From NCBI GenBank assembly GCA_001805965.1, contig MHHG01000028.1, forward strand, positions 9,193 to 73,192: DNA of 64,000 nucleotides, given 5' to 3'. The DNA comes from Omnitrophica WOR_2 bacterium RIFOXYA2_FULL_38_17 (GTDB lineage Bacteria; Omnitrophota; Gorgyraeia; Zapsychrales; Zapsychraceae). The notes under the pieces are model-generated. The model was not told the origin of the DNA. It worked only from the letters and a program-made list of their open reading frames with translations, and did not search any database. A program made the translations under genes and the position numbers. The stretch's first letter is position 1; each line of letters begins with the position of its first letter. This document shows, one piece after another, positions 58,697-64,000 of the stretch.

Positions 58697-60064
58697 ATGA
58701 AAACTAAAACAATATTTGTTTGCCAGGAATGTGGAACACAATCGCCAAGATGGGTCGGGAAATGTTCGAATTGTGATGGCTGGAATACTTTCGTTGAAGA
58801 AAATAATACACCGGTCGATTCAAGTAAGCGCGGAAATGTTGTTTACGAGGAAGAGCCTGTTCTTCTTTCAGATATCCTGGTTCAAGATGAGAATAGGATT
58901 TTAACGAATATTTCAGAGTTTGATTCGGTTATAGGCGGTGGAATAGTGTTAGGCTCCGTTACGTTAATTGGAGGGGATCCGGGAATAGGAAAATCCACTT
59001 TATCCCTTCAGGTCGGGTGCTCTTTGGGGAAAAAAGGTGTAAAGGTCCTTTATGTTAGCGGCGAGGAATCTGTAAAGCAGACAATGATGCGAGCTAAACG
59101 CCTTAGCAATAATGATAATGATTCGCTTTATATTGTTAATCAGATCGACCTCAAGACAATTATTAAACATATTGAGGATTTGGGACCGGATGTAGTTGTT
59201 ATTGATTCTATACAGGTTGTGTCGCACTCTGAATTGACGTCGACCCCTGGAAGCGTAAGCCAGGTCAGGGAATGTGCTGCAATACTTACACATATTGCAA
59301 AGACAAAAGGTATTTCATTGTTTATTATTGGGCATGTGACCAAAGAGGGATTGCTTGCCGGACCAAGGGTTTTAGAGCATATAGTTGATACGGTTCTTTA
59401 TTTTGAAGGCGAGAGGTATTCAACATACAGGGTGCTTAGAGCGACAAAGAACAGATTTGGCTCAACTAATGAGATCGGGGTATTTGAAATGACATCTTTT
59501 GGATTGAAAGAGGTGCCGAATCCTTCAGAGATCTTCTTGTCAGAGCGTCCCCAGAACACTTCAGGCTCAGTCGTTATCCCTATCATGGAAGGCACAAGGC
59601 CTTTTTTGGTGGAAATACAGGGATTGGTTAGCAGGTCTACTTTTGGCGTGGTTAGGCAAAAGGCTCAGGGATTTGATGCGAATCGTCTGGCGTTGTTGAT
59701 CGCTGTTCTGGATAAGAGGTTAGGCATGAACCTGGGGGATAAAGATGTCTTCTTGAATGTGGTAGGCGGGGTCAGGGTAATGGACCCAGCTGCAGACCTG
59801 GCAGTCTCAATTGCTATTGCTTCAGCGCTTTTAGACCGGCCTATTCCTAGCGATACAGTGGTTTTTGGAGAGGTAGGGCTATCGTCAGAGGTCAGAAGTG
59901 TCAGCCAGGTCGTTTCGCGGGTCAATGAGGCGCAAAAGCTCGGTTTCAAAAAATGTATAATTCCGAAGAATAATCTGAAGTCTCAGGAGGAATTAAGATC
60001 TTTTAAGATTGAGATAATTCCGGTTGAAACAGTAAAAGAAGCTCTAGAGTATTTAAAGAAGTGA
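58697..60064 (+). CDS. radA: DNA repair protein RadA (Sms)
   Basis: C4 zinc finger CQECG...CSNC, RecA-like Walker A GGDPGIGKST, and a Lon-protease-like C-domain. Confidence 0.9.
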   Translation: MKTKTIFVCQECGTQSPRWVGKCSNCDGWNTFVEENNTPVDSSKRGNVVYEEEPVLLSDILVQDENRILTNISEFDSVIGGGIVLGSVTLIGGDPGIGKSTLSLQVGCSLGKKGVKVLYVSGEESVKQTMMRAKRLSNNDNDSLYIVNQIDLKTIIKHIEDLGPDVVVIDSIQVVSHSELTSTPGSVSQVRECAAILTHIAKTKGISLFIIGHVTKEGLLAGPRVLEHIVDTVLYFEGERYSTYRVLRATKNRFGSTNEIGVFEMTSFGLKEVPNPSEIFLSERPQNTSGSVVIPIMEGTRPFLVEIQGLVSRSTFGVVRQKAQGFDANRLALLIAVLDKRLGMNLGDKDVFLNVVGGVRVMDPAADLAVSIAIASALLDRPIPSDTVVFGEVGLSSEVRSVSQVVSRVNEAQKLGFKKCIIPKNNLKSQEELRSFKIEIIPVETVKEALEYLKK

Positions 60065-60146
60065 ATTTGTGGCCTGTTTGGGGATTTTTTTGTGCTTGAG
60101 ATTTAAATATCTTTAACAATATAAATTTTAAAACTGGGGGGTAACA

Positions 60147-61151
60147 ATGACATTGATGTTTATACGCATCTTCTTTTTTATTTTAAGCGGGGTCGTTGGT
60201 TTTTATATTGGTTCGATACTTGAATCTAACCTTTTAGGTTTGGAGCTTGGCCTTTTGAGCGGGCTTGTTCTGATCTTCTTAGAGAGAAGATTGCACAAGG
60301 TTTCCGTCAGAGGTTTATCTAGCATGGTCTTTGGTCTTTTGCTTGGTATTGTAATGGCGAAACTTATCTCCGATATACTCTTTTTATTGCCGTTAGGTCT
60401 ATTTGTCCAATCGACATCAAGGGTAGTATTAACAATTATTTTCTCGTATTTGGGAGCTGTTATAGCTTTAAGGGGCAAGGATGAATTTAATATCATCATT
60501 CCTTATGTACGATTTAGAAGACAGGATGTCCGAGAGGAGAATGTTCTTTTAGATACAAGCGCGATCATTGATGGAAGGATATTTGAAATATACAAATCAA
60601 AATTCGTTCCCGGAAGATTAATTGTCCCTGAATTTGTTTTAAAGGAATTACAAAAATTAGCCGATTCACAGGATGAGCAAAAAAGGCAAAAAGGAAGAAG
60701 AGGCATCGACCTGCTCAATACTATGCAAAAAGACCCAAAGATCGATGTAAGGATCCGTGAGGATGAGCTGGCTATCAAGGATGATGTTGATACTGAACTG
60801 GTCAGGCTTGCAAAATTGATCGATGCAAAGGTCTGCACTACGGATTATAATTTAAGCCAAGTTGCTGTTTTGCAAAATGTGGACATCCTGAATGTCCATG
60901 AGCTTTTTAATGCTATGAAGTTCGTGATTTTTGTGGGGCAGAAGATAGAGGTCAAGCTTGTTAAGGAAGGAAAGGAGTCCGATCAGGCATTAGCCTATCT
61001 GGAAGACGGGACTATGATAGTCGTCGCAGGGGCAAAGCATCTTCTTGGCAGAAGTGTAAAGGTAATCATTACTTCTGTTCTGCAGAATCAAGCAGGAAAA
61101 ATGGTTTTTGCGAAACTGGCTTATGAGGAAGGTGCAAATAATAATCAATGA
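60147..61151 (+). CDS. PIN and TRAM domain membrane protein (YacL-like)
   Basis: Four N-terminal TM helices, a PIN domain (LLDTSAIIDGR), and a C-terminal TRAM-like beta-barrel. Confidence 0.7.
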   Translation: MTLMFIRIFFFILSGVVGFYIGSILESNLLGLELGLLSGLVLIFLERRLHKVSVRGLSSMVFGLLLGIVMAKLISDILFLLPLGLFVQSTSRVVLTIIFSYLGAVIALRGKDEFNIIIPYVRFRRQDVREENVLLDTSAIIDGRIFEIYKSKFVPGRLIVPEFVLKELQKLADSQDEQKRQKGRRGIDLLNTMQKDPKIDVRIREDELAIKDDVDTELVRLAKLIDAKVCTTDYNLSQVAVLQNVDILNVHELFNAMKFVIFVGQKIEVKLVKEGKESDQALAYLEDGTMIVVAGAKHLLGRSVKVIITSVLQNQAGKMVFAKLAYEEGANNNQ

Positions 61152-61837
61152 AAACACAGGCAATACTTGCAATAGCCGGATTTGGGACCAGATTGAAGGC
61201 GAGTGAGCCGAAGGCGCTGCTTGCTGTTTGTGGCATGCCGATCTTCATGTATTCTTTAAAGGTTTTTGAGAACAGCGGCTTAATAGACAGCGTGGTTATC
61301 GTCACGCAAGAGAGGTTTATTGATAAGTTTAACGAGATAATAGCGGAACATGGTATTAAAAAAGTTAAGAAGATAGTTGCCGGCGGCGATACAAGATTTG
61401 AATCAGTCAATAAAGGCCTACATGAGATAGATGATGATACAGATATTGTTCTTGTTCATGATGGGGCAAGGCCGTTAATTACTGCTGATTTAGTTGACAG
61501 GTCAATTGAATTAACAAAGGAATATGGAGCGGTTATTGTTGCTGTAGAGGTAAAGCCAACGATCAAAAGAGCTGGCGATGATTTGTTCGTTAAAGAGACC
61601 TTGAATAGGAATGAACTTTGGGAAGTGCAGACCCCTCAGGTTTTCAGGAAAAAGATACTTTTAAAAGCACATGAACAAAAAAGATCCGGCACCCCTACGG
61701 ATGATGCATCTTTGGTTGAACAGCTCGGCGTGAAAGTAAAGATATTGAAGGGGGATTATAGGAACATAAAGGTTACGACAAAAGAGGATATTATTGTCGC
61801 AGAGGCATTTTTAAATCAAACTGGAAATGAAAGTTAA
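61148..61837 (+). CDS. ispD: 2-C-methyl-D-erythritol 4-phosphate cytidylyltransferase
   Basis: IspD motifs (AGFGTR, VHDGARP). Confidence 0.85.
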   Translation: MKTQAILAIAGFGTRLKASEPKALLAVCGMPIFMYSLKVFENSGLIDSVVIVTQERFIDKFNEIIAEHGIKKVKKIVAGGDTRFESVNKGLHEIDDDTDIVLVHDGARPLITADLVDRSIELTKEYGAVIVAVEVKPTIKRAGDDLFVKETLNRNELWEVQTPQVFRKKILLKAHEQKRSGTPTDDASLVEQLGVKVKILKGDYRNIKVTTKEDIIVAEAFLNQTGNES

Positions 61838-61842
61838 CTGAT

Positions 61843-62337
61843 ATGGAAAATAATGTTCAACATAGGGTTGGTATCGGGTATGATGTCCACCGTTTAGTTG
61901 AGGGAAGAAAACTTGTTATCGGGGGTGTGGAAATACCTTATTCAAAAGGATTGCTTGGCCATTCTGATGCAGATGTTCTGTTGCATGCGATATCGGATGC
62001 TTTGCTTGGAGCAATAGGCAAAGGCGATATCGGGGAACATTTTCCTGATGATGATGAAAAATATAAAGATATTTCAAGCATGCAGCTGTTAAAAAGAGTA
62101 AGCGACCTTGTTATGGATGAAGGATATGTGATCAGCAATGTTGATACGGTCATACAGGCTCAAGAACCAAAATTAATGCAGTATAAATCCCAGATGAAAT
62201 TTCATATAGCATATGAGTTAGCAATTGATGAGGATTCTGTCAATATAAAAGCAACCACTCTCGAGAAATTAGGGCCGATAGGAAATTGTGAAGGGATTGC
62301 TGCATTTGCAACGGTTTTATTGGCCAAGAAAGCGTAG
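61843..62337 (+). CDS. ispF: 2-C-methyl-D-erythritol 2,4-cyclodiphosphate synthase
   Basis: GIGYDVHRL, HSDADV and GDIGEHFPD motifs. Confidence 0.9.
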   Translation: MENNVQHRVGIGYDVHRLVEGRKLVIGGVEIPYSKGLLGHSDADVLLHAISDALLGAIGKGDIGEHFPDDDEKYKDISSMQLLKRVSDLVMDEGYVISNVDTVIQAQEPKLMQYKSQMKFHIAYELAIDEDSVNIKATTLEKLGPIGNCEGIAAFATVLLAKKA

Positions 62338-62373
62338 CTTTATTCTTCAATTTTAAAGGAATGTGAGGAAGAT

Positions 62374-63075
62374 ATGGGAATATTAAATTTATTGATGGGT
62401 ATTATTTTGGTTATTGCAGGGTTCGTGCTGCTGGTAACTATATTTTTTAAACAAGAGATAGAATCCTGCAAGGAAAAGGACCCTGCTGCAAAAGGCTTTA
62501 TAGAGATCGTGCTTTTATATCCGGGGTTGCATGCGATCATTGCTTATCGAATGGCGCATTATTTATTAAATAAAAAAATACCTTTTATCCCGGACTTGAT
62601 ATCAAAGGTCGCCAGGTTCATTACCGGTATCGAAATTCATCCGGGTGCTCAGATCAAAAGAGGGTTTTTTGTTGACCATGGAATGGGCGTTGTGATCGGG
62701 GAAACATCTGTCGTCGGAGAAAATGTCACTTTGTTCCAGGGAGTAACATTGGGGGGGACCGGAAAAGAGATAGGGAAAAGGCATCCTACATTAGGAGATA
62801 ATATAGTCGTCGGGGCAGGTGCAAAGATATTAGGAAATATAACTATCGGGTCAAACTCATATGTTGGGGCAAACGCTGTTGTCCTAAAATCTGTTCCGGA
62901 AAACACAACGGTAGTAGGTGTTCCCGGGCAGATCACGAAACAGGATGGAAAGAAGATCGATAAGATGATGGACCATATACATGTTCTGGACCCGGTTATG
63001 TTGAAAATTGGAGAAATGCAGGAGCAAATTGATTCGCTCGCGGAGCGATTAAAGGATAAAGACGGGGGTAAGTAG
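62374..63075 (+). CDS. cysE: serine O-acetyltransferase
   Basis: Hexapeptide beta-helix with GVVIGETSVVGENV. Confidence 0.8.
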   Translation: MGILNLLMGIILVIAGFVLLVTIFFKQEIESCKEKDPAAKGFIEIVLLYPGLHAIIAYRMAHYLLNKKIPFIPDLISKVARFITGIEIHPGAQIKRGFFVDHGMGVVIGETSVVGENVTLFQGVTLGGTGKEIGKRHPTLGDNIVVGAGAKILGNITIGSNSYVGANAVVLKSVPENTTVVGVPGQITKQDGKKIDKMMDHIHVLDPVMLKIGEMQEQIDSLAERLKDKDGGK

Positions 63076-63077
63076 AT

Positions 63078-64000
63078 TTGAAGGTCTATAATTCGTTAAC
63101 GAAAGCAAAAGAAGATTTTGAGCCGCTAAATGGCAATAAGGTAAATATGTATTCTTGCGGAGTGACTGTTTATGACAAGTGCCATATCGGGCATGCAAGG
63201 AGCTTGTATATATTTGATGTGATCAGGCGGCATTTGAAGAATTCAGGTTTTGATGTTACCTTTGTCCGGAATATTACAGATGTTGATGATAAGATCATTG
63301 CCAAAGCTAATCAGTCTGGTAAAACTTTTGAGGACGTTGTTGAAGAAAATATCGTTCTTTATGAGAATGACCTTGCAATGCTTAAAATCGATAAGGCGGA
63401 TATTGAGCCGAGAGCGACCCATAATATTGAAGGCATGAAGGTCCATGTCCAGGCTTTGATCGATAAAGGTTTCGCCTATGAAGCAGGGGGCGATGTTTAT
63501 TTTAAGGTACGAAAATTTGAGGATTATGGTAAGCTGTCCGGCCAGAGTATTGAGAAAATGCTTGAGGGCGTCAGGATAGAGGCGGATTCAAAAAAGCAGG
63601 ACCCTCTGGATTTTGCTCTTTGGAAGAGATCCAAGCCGGGCGAGCCTTTTTGGCCAAGTCCTTGGGGAGAGGGAAGGCCAGGCTGGCATATTGAATGTTC
63701 AGTTATGAGCATGAAGGAGCTAGGGTGTGACACTTTAGATATTCACGCTGGCGGCCGTGACCTTGTTTTTCCTCATCACGAAAATGAAATTGCCCAAAGC
63801 GAGGCGTTGACAGGCAAGCCGTTTGCAAAATATTGGATCCATAATGGATTATTGAAAATAGATGGCCAGAAAATGGCGAAATCACTAGGGAACTTTATTA
63901 CAGTTGAGGATGCTTTACAGAAATATGATGTTGATGATGTTAAGATGTTTTTCTTGTCTTCTCATTATTCCAGTGAAATAGACTTTTCGGATAAGAACAT
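63078..64000 (+). CDS. cysS: cysteine--tRNA ligase (3'-partial; TTG start; runs off window end)
   Basis: Class I HIGH motif (CHIGHARS), zinc-binding residues, and the start of a KMSKS-type region (KMAKSLGN). This ORF is absent from the supplied track because it lacks an ATG start and a stop within the window. Confidence 0.85.
   Translation, partial: MKVYNSLTKAKEDFEPLNGNKVNMYSCGVTVYDKCHIGHARSLYIFDVIRRHLKNSGFDVTFVRNITDVDDKIIAKANQSGKTFEDVVEENIVLYENDLAMLKIDKADIEPRATHNIEGMKVHVQALIDKGFAYEAGGDVYFKVRKFEDYGKLSGQSIEKMLEGVRIEADSKKQDPLDFALWKRSKPGEPFWPSPWGEGRPGWHIECSVMSMKELGCDTLDIHAGGRDLVFPHHENEIAQSEALTGKPFAKYWIHNGLLKIDGQKMAKSLGNFITVEDALQKYDVDDVKMFFLSSHYSSEIDFSDKN

Noticed and set aside
16058-60080. Decamer TGGCCTGTTT occurring just after two unrelated gene ends (16060 and 60071)
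   Set aside because: Only two copies with no extended similarity around them. The expected chance occurrence in 128 kb of two-strand sequence is not negligible. The second copy may contribute to a weak terminator (GGCCTGTTTGGGG + T7).
1099-62936. Dozens of 60-150-aa ORFs on the opposite strand or in alternate frames inside long + strand genes (e.g. 22255-22623, 22665-22970, 39730-40080, 44154-44585, 52591-52968)
   Set aside because: All lie wholly within well-supported conserved genes, lack RBSs and give compositionally odd peptides. They are typical shadow ORFs of an AT-rich genome.
1-64000. CRISPR arrays, cas genes, transposases, integrases, restriction-modification or toxin-antitoxin pairs
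   Set aside because: I scanned for direct-repeat arrays and for transposase, integrase or methylase motifs in all ORFs and found none. The Smr, PIN/TRAM (YacL) and RmuC proteins are in conserved housekeeping contexts and are not obviously defence-associated.

Overview
This 64 kb window is a low-GC chromosomal segment from what appears to be a diderm (LPS-producing) bacterium. It is almost entirely housekeeping: about 75 genes, all but two on the + strand, with short intergenic gaps. The recognisable content is as follows. (1) Cell-envelope genes: a Gfo/Idh/MocA oxidoreductase, a GT2 glycosyltransferase, and an M48 peptidase lipoprotein. (2) A PAS-rich hybrid histidine kinase with an Hpt protein, next to a TMTC-like TPR membrane protein. 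(3) A block of poorly characterised envelope proteins at 10-16 kb, including a two-HKD phospholipase-D-family lipoprotein. (4) RNA-modification and DNA-repair genes: two SpoU/TrmH methyltransferases, a pseudouridine synthase, a Uup-like ABC-F protein, Smr, an EndoIII-like glycosylase, RmuC and PgeF. (5) hisG. (6) A strikingly Bacillus-like run ispE-spoVG-tRNA-Gln-glmU-prs-rplY-pth-rpsF-ssb-rpsR-rplI-dnaB. (7) An outer-membrane and lipid A cluster bamA-skp-lpxD-lpxC/fabZ(fused)-lpxA-lpxI. (8) lysS, lolCD and ilvE. (9) mcsA-mcsB-clpC followed by an mlaEFD insertion, then radA-yacL-ispD-ispF-cysE-cysS(partial). I found no CRISPR array, no transposase or integrase, and no obvious defence island. 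The features most worth a second look are listed here. (a) Firmicutes-type synteny, including an McsAB-ClpC module without CtsR, in an LPS/BamA organism. (b) A PLD-family lipoprotein with a large unassigned N-domain, paired with a YbgF-like TPR/4-TM protein. (c) A perfect 22-bp inverted repeat between skp and lpxD. (d) Two unannotated ultra-basic micro-ORFs, one of them bS22-like. (e) A SpoVG with a zinc-ribbon tail and a dyad operator at its promoter. (f) A YfbR-like HD protein in which the HD dyad reads ND. All functional calls come from motif recognition by eye in the translated ORFs, with no database searches run.
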